Source: Candidatus Eiseniibacteriota bacterium (GTDB lineage: Bacteria; Eisenbacteria; RBG-16-71-46). From it: a DNA stretch of 64,000 nucleotides. The translations under genes and the position numbers were made by a program. Every line of letters begins with the position of its first letter. The stretch's first letter is position 1. The stretch lies in NCBI GenBank assembly GCA_038231135.1, contig JBBRLX010000017.1, forward strand, positions 1-64,000. The letters are read 5' to 3'. The notes under the pieces were generated by a model. The model was not told where the DNA came from, did not search any database, and worked only from the letters and a program-made list of their open reading frames with translations. Positions 1-9,176 of this stretch are shown one piece after another.

Positions 1-44
1 ACTTCATGCTTTCGCTCCGAGCGCTTGCCGAGTACCTTGCTCAT
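1..44 (-). CDS. Probable 5' end of a gene running off the left edge (MSKVLGKRSERKHE...)
   Basis: ATG at 44-42 preceded by AAGGAG (complement of 51-56); only 14 codons visible. Confidence 0.35.
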   Translation of the reverse strand, partial: MSKVLGKRSERKHE

Positions 45-171
45 CGAAGGCTCCTTGTTGGTGATGCGTCGATCCACTCGCCAGTGAACCGGTGCATCCT
101 ACTTGGAGCCGTCTTCTTTCAACGAAGGTTAGCACTCACTCAACCAGGGCGCTTACGCCGTCAACTCAGAC

Positions 172-660
172 GTGCGCCCACGAAAATCTGAGAGGAGCCT
201 TAATAATACGGATGCATTAGGCTTGTCCGTTGGTGACGCGGGGGTCGGTGGAACGCGATCTGGGTTACAAATCTTGGAGGACATAATTGGTAACTTGCCG
301 ACGCCGTCGCAGGCAGTCATTGACGGTGCCAGTGGATTTGGCGATGGTGTGTCGTTTGGGATTACAAAGTTAATTCGACGCGTTGAGGGAATTGACAATA
401 TTGTGGACGAGTGTTCGTCGACATACGGTGCGGCGCATTTGGCTGGGGTGCTTTGGGGAGTGGCAACAAATTTAGAGGGGTATGCGACAGGGTATGAAAT
501 ACGGTTGGGGAAGAATTTGAGGATTGCACCGTGGGGTAATCGCACAGACAATCCAAATGGCGAATTACCGCATTACCACCGAAGAACAGTCGAACCAGAT
601 GGTAGTGTGCCGCCGGATGGTGGGATAAAGTGGCATCGGCCGTGGGAAAAGGGGTGGTAG
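172..660 (+). CDS. Orphan Rhs-type C-terminal toxin tip
   Basis: LNNTDALGL resembles the DPxGL end of the Rhs core; followed by a roughly 145-aa domain ending PHYHRR...GGIKWHRPWE; visibly lower GC; no Rhs core upstream. Confidence 0.6.
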   Translation: MRPRKSERSLNNTDALGLSVGDAGVGGTRSGLQILEDIIGNLPTPSQAVIDGASGFGDGVSFGITKLIRRVEGIDNIVDECSSTYGAAHLAGVLWGVATNLEGYATGYEIRLGKNLRIAPWGNRTDNPNGELPHYHRRTVEPDGSVPPDGGIKWHRPWEKGW

Positions 661-662
661 GA

Positions 663-986
663 ATGGTCGTTGGGCCGATTGTGGTGTTTGAGGACAGAGA
701 TTTGTGCGTATATGAGTCTGTGGAGGAGCTCGCACGTCATCTGGAGGCGCCGGAGATTATTGAAGGTCGCTATGATGCGTTTGACGTGGAGGGAAAGCGG
801 TTAGTTCTAGAAATGCAAGGGAAAAGAGTTGGCGTGGTGGAGGCAGAAGGTGGGGAGAGAAAGTCCTCTGAGCTTGAGGCGAGGTTGCGGGAGTATTTGC
901 GAGAGGTCAATGATCTGCGGGCAGAGCAGGGGGTGCATGATCTGAGGGAGTTGGTCAAGATGTGTGCCGAGCATTCGAAGGCATGA
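663..986 (+). CDS. Putative cognate immunity protein
   Basis: Small acidic ORF (MVVGPIVVFEDRD...) starting 2 nt after the toxin stop, same base composition. Confidence 0.55.
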   Translation: MVVGPIVVFEDRDLCVYESVEELARHLEAPEIIEGRYDAFDVEGKRLVLEMQGKRVGVVEAEGGERKSSELEARLREYLREVNDLRAEQGVHDLRELVKMCAEHSKA

Positions 987-1210
987 TGTCTTGGTAATGA
1001 GGAGAAATGCGCTGCGGTTAGGGTATCAGCGCACGTTTTAGCGACAGCGTGCAGTGGGTCGGGCAAACTCACCGAATCTGTTGAAACGGGGCTGATTCCT
1101 GAAGTCGCGGCCACGAGCCGATCCTAGACTGAAGCGCCCGAGCGCGCTAGTGTGAATTCAGAGCGGCCGCGCCTGTGGCCCAAAACCAGCCTGACTGCAC
1201 CTTTTCGCTA

Positions 1211-2393
1211 GGGAGTGTAACGTCTTCTGTGTAAGTGGCCATGAGGTAGTTTCCTCGAACGGAGGGTTCTCATGGCCAAGGATGACGAGCTGGACCAGAT
1301 GCTGGATCGGATGATCCAGGGCAAGACGCCAGAACAGGTGTTGGGCGCGGGCGGCCTGCTCAAGGATCTGACCAAGCGCCTCGTGGAGCGGATGCTGAAC
1401 GGCGAGCTGACGGAACACCTGGGCTACGCGCCGCATGCGCCCGAGGGGCGCGGCAGCGGTAACTCCCGCAACGGAACGACCTCGAAGCGGGTGTTGACCG
1501 AGAGCGGCGAGGTCGAGTTAGACGTGCCGCGCGACCGCGTCGGTGACTTCGAGCCGCAGGTAGTGAAGAAAGGTCAGCGCCGCCTGCCCGGGTTCGACGA
1601 CAAGGTGATCGCGCTGTATGCGCGCGGTCTGTCGACCCGCGACATTCAAGGACACCTGCAGGAGATCTACGGGGTCGAGGTATCGCCGTCGCTGATTTCG
1701 ACGGTCACGGATGCGGTGCTCGACGACGTGAGGGCATGGCAGGCACGGCCGCTCGATGCCAGCTATCCGATCCTGTACATGGACGCGATCCACTTGCGGG
1801 TGCGGGACGGTGGAACGGTGCAGATGCGCGCCGTGTACGTCGCGCTCGGCATCCGGATGGATGGCCACAAGGAACTGCTGGGCCTGTGGCTGGGCGAGCG
1901 CGAGGGTTCGAAGTTCTGGCTCAACGTGTTGACCGAGATCAGGAATCGCGGCGTGCAGGACGTGCTCGTCGCCTGTATCGACGGCCTGACGGGGTTCCCG
2001 GACGCAATCGCCACGGTATTTCCTCAGACCCAGGTGCAGTTGTGCATCGTGCACCTGGTCAGGAACTCGCTGAAGTACGTTGGCTGGAAGGACCGCAAGG
2101 CCGTCGCCCGCGACCTGCGGGCGATTTACACCGCACCGACTGCCGACGCGGCCGAGTTGGCGCTCGAGGGGTTTGACGAACAATGGACCGCGCGCTTCCC
2201 GTCGATCGCCAGGCTGTGGCGGGCGGCATGGCAGCACGTCATCCCGTTCTTCGCGTTCCCGGCGCCGATCCGCAAGGTGATCTACACGACCAATGCCATC
2301 GAATCGATCAATGCTTCGTTGCGAAGCGTCATCCACAAGCGCGGCGCGTTTCCCGATGGCGACGCGGTGCGCAAGGTGCTGTACCTCGCGATT
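1211..2393 (+). mobile_element. IS256-family insertion sequence, right end missing
   Basis: Left end GGGAGTGTAACGTCTTCTGTGTAA at 1211 resembles IS256-family termini; no matching right inverted repeat seen. Confidence 0.8.
1272..2393 (+). pseudogene. IS256 (Mutator) family DDE transposase, C-terminally truncated; ORF reads on out of frame to 2753
   Basis: Motifs NSRNG, VPRDR, LYARGLSTRDI, YMDA, ACIDGLTGF, QLCIVH, YTTNAIES, KVLYLAI; homology stops near 2393. Confidence 0.85.
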
Positions 2394-3240
2394 GCCGATC
2401 TCCGCGGGCACGGTGGAAGACGCCGCGCGGAGGTGGCTTTCGAATTACGTCCCGACGGTCCGCGGCGAGCGCGATCAGAGGCTCGCCGAACAGCGGGTTC
2501 GGGATTACCTGTTGCCGAACCTCGGGCATGCGCTGCTCCAGAAGGTATCGGCCGAGCATATTCGGTCCTACCGGCTGGTCTTGGAACGGTCGCACCTGTC
2601 CGTGCAAAGCGTGCGGCATGTGCTGTCGGATCTGCGGTGCTTGCTCAACTGGTGCGAGGATGCAGGGCTCTTGGATCGCTCGCCGTTTCCCCGGCGAGTG
2701 CTTCCCAAGATTCAAGAGCGTCCGCCAGACCGGTTGACGGACAGCGAAGTTGATCAAGTGTGCGGTTTGCCGGATCCATACGGCTTTCTTGCTCGGGTAC
2801 TGGTGGCAACGGGACTGCGCTGGGGTGAGCTCGTCCGCGCGACAATGACGGATGTGCACGGCGCGACGCTGACCGTTCACCACACCAAGTCCGGCAAGGT
2901 GCGCCGCGTGCCGCTGCCGCCGGCCGTCGTGGACGAGATGCGACTGCGGGTTGGGAAGCTCAGTCCGGTGCGCTACGCCGACGGATTCAATCTCTACGTT
3001 CGGCGGCGAACGGGCGTCGAGGGCTTTCACGCTCATCAGCTGCGGCACACATTCGCGTGCCGCTGGCTGGAAGCGGGTGGGTCGCTCGCGGCGCTGCAGG
3101 AAATCTTGGGTCATTCCTCGATCGTGACGACCCAGCGGTACGGGCGAATCGGTGAAGCGCATGTCCAAGCCGAAGCCGCGCGGATTCAGGGACGAAACGG
3201 CACACCAGACGGCACACCCATCTTGCGCCACTCCCGCTAA
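2392..3240 (+). pseudogene. Tyrosine integrase of element A, lacking about the first 50 aa
   Basis: Catalytic motifs TGLRWGEL, TKSGK, HQLRH, LGHSS, TTQRY; colinear with the 14232 integrase from LPISAGTVEDAA onward; no start codon or N-terminal domain. Confidence 0.85.
3197..3218 (+). repeat. Paired arm-type repeats of element A (ACGGCACACC x2, 12-bp period)
   Basis: Exact 10-mers at 3197-3206 and 3209-3218, at the position equivalent to the repeats in integrase B. Confidence 0.6.
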
Positions 3241-3255
3241 GTCGTGTAAAAGCAA

Positions 3256-3300
3256 CAGCGGAGAGGTGCGAGAGCGGCTGAATCGGGCGGTCTCGAAAAC
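3256..3300 (+). repeat. att site: 45-bp copy of CAGC plus the 5' half of tRNA-Ser(CGA)
   Basis: Identical to 15259-15303; identity ends just after the anticodon loop. Confidence 0.95.
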
Positions 3301-3366
3301 TGATTCGTGTCATGAACCTTGGAGTTCGCTCAAACCCCTCGAAGACATTGCGCGGCAACGAAGTCG

Positions 3367-3409
3367 GAAGAGCCCCATGAGGTTGGCGCCTCATGGGGCT
3401 CTTCGTTTT
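3367..3409 (+). terminator. Intrinsic terminator-like hairpin just inside the left att
   Basis: 16-bp perfect stem GAAGAGCCCCATGAGG/CCTCATGGGGCTCTTC followed by GTTTT. Confidence 0.7.
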
Positions 3410-3453
3410 CCGCGGACACGGACGGACACACGCGGGCAATAAAGGGCGCTGAG

Positions 3454-3473
3454 TCGGTAGCAATTCGGTAGCA
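3454..3473 (+). repeat. Left-end arm-type repeats of element B (TCGGTAGCAA / TCGGTAGCA)
   Basis: Same motif as the tandem pair at 15189-15210. Confidence 0.75.
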
Positions 3474-3637
3474 GGTGACCAACTCAGCCACAGTCTGTCA
3501 GCCGGACTTGGCAGATTCTGAATGGTCCGTGAATCAGGGACGCCGCTGGGCGGATGCGGGGTTTGAGGCAATGTTCCCGGGGAGCTAACCAGCGGCTCCG
3601 CGCGCTCGCCGACGCGCCCCGCGAACTGCAGGCCGAT

Positions 3638-3662
3638 TGCCATCGAGGAAGCGTCGGAAGAA
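3638..3662 (+). repeat. 25-bp direct repeat, copy 1
   Basis: TGCCATCGAGGAAGCGTCGGAAGAA; one mismatch to 4808-4832. Confidence 0.8.
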
Positions 3663-3670
3663 GGCACTCA

Positions 3671-4552
3671 TCAGCGCCCGCCTAGGAACACAGTCCTCCG
3701 AAGCATGTGGGTCGAACCGGCGATGGCGTTCAGGAAATAGATCCCGTTGCTGAGGGCGGCCCCATCCGAGCCATGGCCGCCCCAGTCGAGCGGGTGCACG
3801 CCGGCCGCCATCGTGCCGCTGAACACGGTCGCCACCCGCCGCCCACCTGCGTCGAACAGGGCGACGTCCACCCGCGCCGCGTTTGCGAGCGTGATCGCAA
3901 ACCGCGTTCTCTGCCGGAACGGATTGGGCATTGGCACTGAAAGCAACACGGACGCCAATGGCTGCCCCGGTACGCCGGTCGTCGCGTCGGGGGCATGATG
4001 ACCGAGATGCTGTTGCAGCAGCGCGAGGTCCATGCTCGTGACGATGCCGTCGCCGTCGAAGTCCGCCGTGGGATCCGCCGTGCCGAGCTTGGATTCGACG
4101 ATCGCCGCGTCGGTGTGATCCACCATGAGATCGCCGTTTTGATCGAACGACGCCACGGTGACGTATCTCAGGTAGATGCCCACGACGTCGACGAGAACGC
4201 TGTCTCCCGGACACACACCGCCACCGGCGAACGGAAATGCGGACGCAGTGCCGTAGTTACAGGGGCCAATGGAGGCGGTTCCGGCGGCATCCACGGTGTA
4301 GGGGTGGTTGCCGACGGCCGACAGGCGATAACCGGGACACGAACCGAGGTGGACGTTGACCGGGCCATCGCACCACAGACCGGCGTCGGCTCGACGCGTG
4401 ATCACGACGAACGAATCATCGCCAGCGGGGCAACTCACGATCCGCGGCGGAACAGTGCATTCGCCGGGATCCGGGATGCTTCCGCGGACCGGCGCAGCGA
4501 GGAGGAGCGCGAGAGTCGTCACCACACAGAGGGTCAGAATGGGTCGGTTCAT
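3671..4552 (-). CDS. Secreted protein with dockerin/EF-hand-like Ca-binding loops and a C-terminal FlgD Ig-like domain
   Basis: Signal peptide MNRPILTLCVV...; DQNGDLMVD and DFDGDGIVTSMD; PNPF...FDAGGRRVATV...WGG...GIYFL tail. Confidence 0.75.
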   Translation of the reverse strand: MNRPILTLCVVTTLALLLAAPVRGSIPDPGECTVPPRIVSCPAGDDSFVVITRRADAGLWCDGPVNVHLGSCPGYRLSAVGNHPYTVDAAGTASIGPCNYGTASAFPFAGGGVCPGDSVLVDVVGIYLRYVTVASFDQNGDLMVDHTDAAIVESKLGTADPTADFDGDGIVTSMDLALLQQHLGHHAPDATTGVPGQPLASVLLSVPMPNPFRQRTRFAITLANAARVDVALFDAGGRRVATVFSGTMAAGVHPLDWGGHGSDGAALSNGIYFLNAIAGSTHMLRRTVFLGGR

Positions 4553-4807
4553 GGTCAGACCTTCATTACACCGTAAGTCCCGTCCGGTTCCGAGTGACGT
4601 GGCGACGCATTCACAGCCGCCGTTGAGAGGGCCGCCGAGGGAGCCCGGCAACTACTCGATCCAGAAGCTAACAGGCGAAGATGCGGCCCTGGTGAATTCG
4701 CCAGCATCCGAGCGGCGGCAGCGGCGCCTGTTGCCCCCGTCTTAGTCCGCTACTCCCGGTGTCGAAGTGCCGCCGCGACTCGCGCGGGTGCACGCGCTCC
4801 ATAACGC

Positions 4808-4832
4808 TGCCATCGAGGAAGCGTTGGAAGAA
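4808..4832 (+). repeat. 25-bp direct repeat, copy 2
   Basis: TGCCATCGAGGAAGCGTTGGAAGAA. Confidence 0.8.
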
Positions 4833-4958
4833 TAGGCCAGCCGATGGAGTGGCCGCCGCGCGGTGGTTTCGCCGCTGTGTAAAGGTCCCGGCCACGGGCC
4901 GGTGGTGCCAAGTGGTAGGAGTTGAACGCTGCGACCGCGGGACTCTCCCTCGTTTGTG

Positions 4959-5972
4959 TCAACGGTAATGCGTTTTTAACGCGCCCCAGCTGCTGGGTCG
5001 GGCCTTTGTGGCGCCGTCGAAGGCGAACTTCTGAATGCGGTTGTTCGAAAGATCGGCAACGTAGATGAATCCCGCGGTGTCTACAGCCACGCCCGTGGGA
5101 AAGTGGAACTGGCCATCGCCATCGCCGGTCGTTCCGAACTGCGTCAGGAACTGACCCTGGGGAGTGTAGACCTGCACGAAGTCATGCAGGCCGTCGCCGG
5201 CGAGTACGTGCCCGTTGCCGTCATTGGCAACGCCGCCGGGCCCAAAAATGCAGCATCCAAACGAACTCAACAACGCCCCGTCCGACGAATAGGTCTGAAC
5301 CTGGTGATGCACGAACTCGGCGGAAATGAGGTTCCCGTTGGGTGTCCACTGCACGAATGACGGCCCGAAGATCGAGGGACCGTCGCCCGTAGTGCACCCA
5401 TCGGGACCAATGTCGCCCCACGTCTTGAGGTATCCACCCTCGGAGTCGAATTTCTGGATGCGCCCATCGTGGTCGGATACGTAGACGTATCCGTCCGGGT
5501 CGACGGCAATCCCGCTCGTAGTCTCGAGCTCGCCGGGACATGACCCGAAATGACAGCTCCATTTCTTGATGAACGTCCCGTCATTCGTGAATTTCTGAAT
5601 GCAACAGTTCGGTGTGCGCTCGGCGGTGTAGACCGATCCGTCGGGTCCAACCGCCACGCCGATCAGGCCGCCGAAACCGAATTGGCCATCTCCAGAACCG
5701 GGTGAGCCCCACATTCGGACAAAGTCGCCATTCGACGTGAACACCGAGATGCGCGAGTTCACGTTCTCCGCGACGTAGAGATTGTCCGAATGATCCAAGA
5801 CAATCTGTTCCGGCCCATTCAACTGGCCTGGACCGGCCCCCTGGGTTCCCCACTTTGCGACAAAGGTCACGTTCGTGGCCTTCGGCGCTGCCTCGGAACC
5901 CGCAGCTGTGCAAGCCAAGATCGAAGCCATCTGAACCAGCAGCGCGTACTTACGATATGCCAAGCTGGTCAT
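4959..5972 (-). CDS. Secreted NHL-repeat beta-propeller protein
   Basis: Repeated P.G.AVD..G..YV.D..N.RIQKF units; GGAGG RBS; C-terminal SSWGALKTHYR. Confidence 0.85.
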   Translation of the reverse strand: MTSLAYRKYALLVQMASILACTAAGSEAAPKATNVTFVAKWGTQGAGPGQLNGPEQIVLDHSDNLYVAENVNSRISVFTSNGDFVRMWGSPGSGDGQFGFGGLIGVAVGPDGSVYTAERTPNCCIQKFTNDGTFIKKWSCHFGSCPGELETTSGIAVDPDGYVYVSDHDGRIQKFDSEGGYLKTWGDIGPDGCTTGDGPSIFGPSFVQWTPNGNLISAEFVHHQVQTYSSDGALLSSFGCCIFGPGGVANDGNGHVLAGDGLHDFVQVYTPQGQFLTQFGTTGDGDGQFHFPTGVAVDTAGFIYVADLSNNRIQKFAFDGATKARPSSWGALKTHYR

Positions 5973-6301
5973 ACACAGGCCTCCCGTGGTGTCGAAGATG
6001 CGTACAATTCTAGCAGCAATCGGGGTTTCGGGTAACCCGGTGATTCTGTCAACCTGGCCTTAGAGCCCTCGCCCCCAAGGCTAACGGCATCCCGGCCCTG
6101 GGTCCGAGGCCTTACCGAAAAGGTGGCCCGGTATTCAGAGGCTGGCAGTCATGCAACCAACGACTTCCGCCGCTCTGTTCAGAGTCCCGCAAGGACCTCG
6201 TTTTAGGACGCTCTTGACGCTTGCGTGCTCAGGGCTTGGCGGTGCTATCTTCGGACCCCTCCTGAGAGGCCTCCGAACATTGACCTGTTTCGAACGGAAG
6301 G

Positions 6302-8332
6302 GTGCGCACTTTGGCTAGCGTACTTCAGAAGAAACTCAAAGAGGCGCTCTCAAACATCCGCAGCGGAGCTCTTCGGATCCCGAGTTTTCAGCGCGAGTTT
6401 GTTTGGAACACGTCTCAGGTGAAGGCACTTCTCAACTCAATTCGCAGCGGCATCCCGATCGGGACGGTGACCACCTGGGAGCAGGCCCAAGAGAGCCCTG
6501 ACGAACTCTTTGAAGAGTTCTTTTCCAAGAAGGCATCGGGCAAGAAGGCGCTCTACCGCCCAGAAGTCGAGAACGCAGTGGCGTTTGAGAAGGTTGACGC
6601 AATGCCCACACCGGACAGAGTTCAGGCAGGCGTCATCGACGGTAGACAGCGCCTTACGTCGCTCCTCATGTGCTTCGGTGGCGTCACTACTGCAGACGGC
6701 AGAAGCCCACACGCGGGCCTATGGTACTACGACCTGTCGAAGCCGCTTGATGGCGACGAGTGCCCTTTCGACTTCGAGAAACTGTCGGTGATTGAGCAGG
6801 ACTATCCCTCCATGAGTTCGTGGATCCGCAAGGCCCGGTTTCCGTTATGGCTTTGGGAGCGGCAGGATGTGTTCATTCGTCAGATTGTGAATCCAGCACA
6901 CTACGAAAACGGAAACGTGCCGGCCGACTGCGCTGATCGACTTCAGCGGTTGAGCCAGCTGAACTCCATTTTGAGCGGTTTCGACATCGCATTCTACATC
7001 ATCGACAAGGCAACTGATCTCAGCACCGTGTGCGAGGTATTCGAGCTCTTGAACACGATGGGCACAAAGGTCAGCGTCTTCGACATCATCGCAGCGAAAC
7101 ACTTCGGATCCTCCGAAGCGCGCTTTGACCTTCGAGAACGCGCGAAGGCAGTTTTTGACGAGGACTTGGCCACGCCAAAGGCGTTCCCGTTGCTCTCGAA
7201 GTGGTTTGATGAGAACAATGGGAATGGCGGTAAGGTCGTCTGCAACGTCATAACGGGCGCCTTCCTTAACACCCCCGACAACCTTTCTTCAGAAGGGGGG
7301 CGCAAGTCCGCCGAACTCGGAGGCATAAGTAGTTTCAAGGGAAAGGACCTGATCTCCACGCCCCTGGGGTTCTACTCCGACGTCTTCGACCGCAGGATGG
7401 ACGGCACCGATGTGCCAGGGTTCCCTGGGCTTACGCGCCTTGGTGCAGCTATTGAGGATTTCGCTTCCGCGAGCCGCGGAATAACCTCGAGAGTGATGTG
7501 TCCCTACCCGATCCTTCTGCCCCTGTACCTCTCACTGAGGTATGACCAGGGCCTGGGCGGCGACTTCCCGGTGTCGGCGATCGATGATTCGTTCAGAGTG
7601 TTCTTCTGGCGTACTAGTCTTCTTGGTCGCTATGACCAGGGCTTCCTCACGGGTGCTGTAAGGGACAGGGATATTCTCGCCCAGTTCCTTCGTGGCAACG
7701 CAGCCACCTACGCCACCGATAAGATTGCCTGGTGGAATGAGCTAGAAAAGATCCTCAGACAGATGGACTTGGGCAGCGGGCGGGTCGGGCTCGCTGCTAA
7801 GAAGGACCTCTTCCTGGCAACCGACCTTAGGGGTGCGCGTTCGAAGACGGCAGAGGCGCTACTCTTCGTCAGTTTGCCAAGAGATTTGCACACCCGAGCC
7901 GAACTGCTCCCATACCGTGACGAGGACATTCACCTCCACCACGTCTTCCCTCGCAAATGGGTCAACGACAACTGCGTCGGCGAGAAAGAGCAACTCAAAT
8001 GCTTTGCCGCTCTAGTACCCCTGAGTTCGGAATCAAATGTAGCGTGGCGGTCACAATCCCCCGAGCAACAGCTTGCTACCTGGCACAGTTCGGGCATGAC
8101 TTGGTCGTCGCTCCAACAATTAATGGAATCTGTGCTCATCAATGAATCCAGCTTTGCGTTGCTCGTTGACGCCGCCGGTCAGACACCTGCCGCTCGATTC
8201 AAGGGTTTTATCGACAAACGCGCGCAACACATGGCCGAGGTTCTTGCGGAATTATGGGGATGCAGGGATTTGACTAATGGTTCCGACGTCTGGAGGACCC
8301 ACTTCCGCACGGTTGCTTCGAATCGGCCCTGA
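6302..8332 (+). CDS. GmrSD-like DUF262 + HNH (DUF1524-like) protein; candidate modification-dependent restriction/defence enzyme
   Basis: IPSFQREFVW, IDGRQRLTSL, FELLNTMG in the N-terminal half; HLHHVFP...LSSESN near the C-terminus; GGAAGG RBS. Confidence 0.8.
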   Translation: MRTLASVLQKKLKEALSNIRSGALRIPSFQREFVWNTSQVKALLNSIRSGIPIGTVTTWEQAQESPDELFEEFFSKKASGKKALYRPEVENAVAFEKVDAMPTPDRVQAGVIDGRQRLTSLLMCFGGVTTADGRSPHAGLWYYDLSKPLDGDECPFDFEKLSVIEQDYPSMSSWIRKARFPLWLWERQDVFIRQIVNPAHYENGNVPADCADRLQRLSQLNSILSGFDIAFYIIDKATDLSTVCEVFELLNTMGTKVSVFDIIAAKHFGSSEARFDLRERAKAVFDEDLATPKAFPLLSKWFDENNGNGGKVVCNVITGAFLNTPDNLSSEGGRKSAELGGISSFKGKDLISTPLGFYSDVFDRRMDGTDVPGFPGLTRLGAAIEDFASASRGITSRVMCPYPILLPLYLSLRYDQGLGGDFPVSAIDDSFRVFFWRTSLLGRYDQGFLTGAVRDRDILAQFLRGNAATYATDKIAWWNELEKILRQMDLGSGRVGLAAKKDLFLATDLRGARSKTAEALLFVSLPRDLHTRAELLPYRDEDIHLHHVFPRKWVNDNCVGEKEQLKCFAALVPLSSESNVAWRSQSPEQQLATWHSSGMTWSSLQQLMESVLINESSFALLVDAAGQTPAARFKGFIDKRAQHMAEVLAELWGCRDLTNGSDVWRTHFRTVASNRP

Positions 8333-8410
8333 CCGCCAGTCGCTGACTGGTTGCCAGCTAGGGATTCAGAATCCGCTCAGGGCTGATAGCCTTCGTACTG
8401 ATTCTTGGAC

Positions 8411-8449
8411 CGAGGAGCCCCGGCGTATCTATCCCGCCGGGGCTCCTCG
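8411..8449. terminator. Hairpin downstream of the DUF262 gene
   Basis: 15-bp perfect stem CGAGGAGCCCCGGCG/CGCCGGGGCTCCTCG. Confidence 0.6.
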
Positions 8450-8658
8450 CAACTAGGATCATGAGTGTTTCCAAACCGGGTCGTTCCGGCACATGCGCTA
8501 CTGTGGGCCCGTAAGAAGACGTCGCATCAAGTTACCGGCGCGCCGAGCCTGACGGTTTCTGCACACACCCTTGAAATGGCCTTGGGCGGAAACTCCAGCC
8601 GAGTCCCTAAGAGCCATGCGACGAATTCGGACCCATGGCATACCCCGCGGGGCGCTCG

Positions 8659-9020
8659 CTACGGGTTCGGCCTGTTGATTCCCCGACGGGCTCTATCCTC
8701 CTTCAGGGCTGACAATCCCGATTCGGTTGCGGACCACCAGAGGGTCGCCGCGTAGGTCAATTGGATCGGGTCCTCAACCTCCCGGTCTTTGAATTGATCA
8801 ATGGGATCGAATCGCTGAGGGTCAGTCTCATAGCGGTAGCACTGCATCCAGCCTTTTGTCTGCAGGTCGCGCAGGACCTGAATCATTTCCCCAACGGGAG
8901 GAACCGGGACGTCATCGTCCCAATGACCTCTCTGATCGATTGCAATGACTCATAGTCGTGTCCTGCAATAGCGATCAGCTCCATTTCCAGCGTCGTGAAT
9001 GGATATCGGCCATCACTCAT
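8659..9020 (-). pseudogene. Possible small gene split by a frameshift
   Basis: MSDGRYPFTTLEMELIAIAGHDYESLQSIREVIG... (ATG 9020) overlaps 8886-8659 (MIQVLRDLQTKGW...) in another frame. Confidence 0.3.
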
Positions 9021-9176
9021 AGTCGCCCCCCCCCGAGCAGCCATTCTTTGCCGCCTCCCGCATCACCGACTCATCGCCCAACCTGGTTGCATCGTCACGA
9101 TGCTCGCGTGTCCGAGAAGCCGCTGCAAGCGCGTCCGCCCGGGGTCTTGGGCACATTCCTACTTGTACAACTATCC

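Noticed and set aside
2293..2391. ORF-track N-terminus of the 315-aa integrase
   Set aside because: It is an alternate frame of the transposase; integrase homology starts only at about 2392
2394..2753. C-terminal 120 aa of the 493-aa transposase ORF as a new domain
   Set aside because: Out-of-frame read-through over the integrase remnant
3260..3340. Complete second tRNA-Ser(CGA)
   Set aside because: Sequence diverges after the anticodon loop; no variable arm, T arm or CCA
3580..4745. Integron attC sites (GCTAAC near 3584 and 4666; AACAGGCG/CGCCTGTT)
   Set aside because: No proper R/L box architecture with extrahelical bases, and neither integrase shows the IntI-specific insertion
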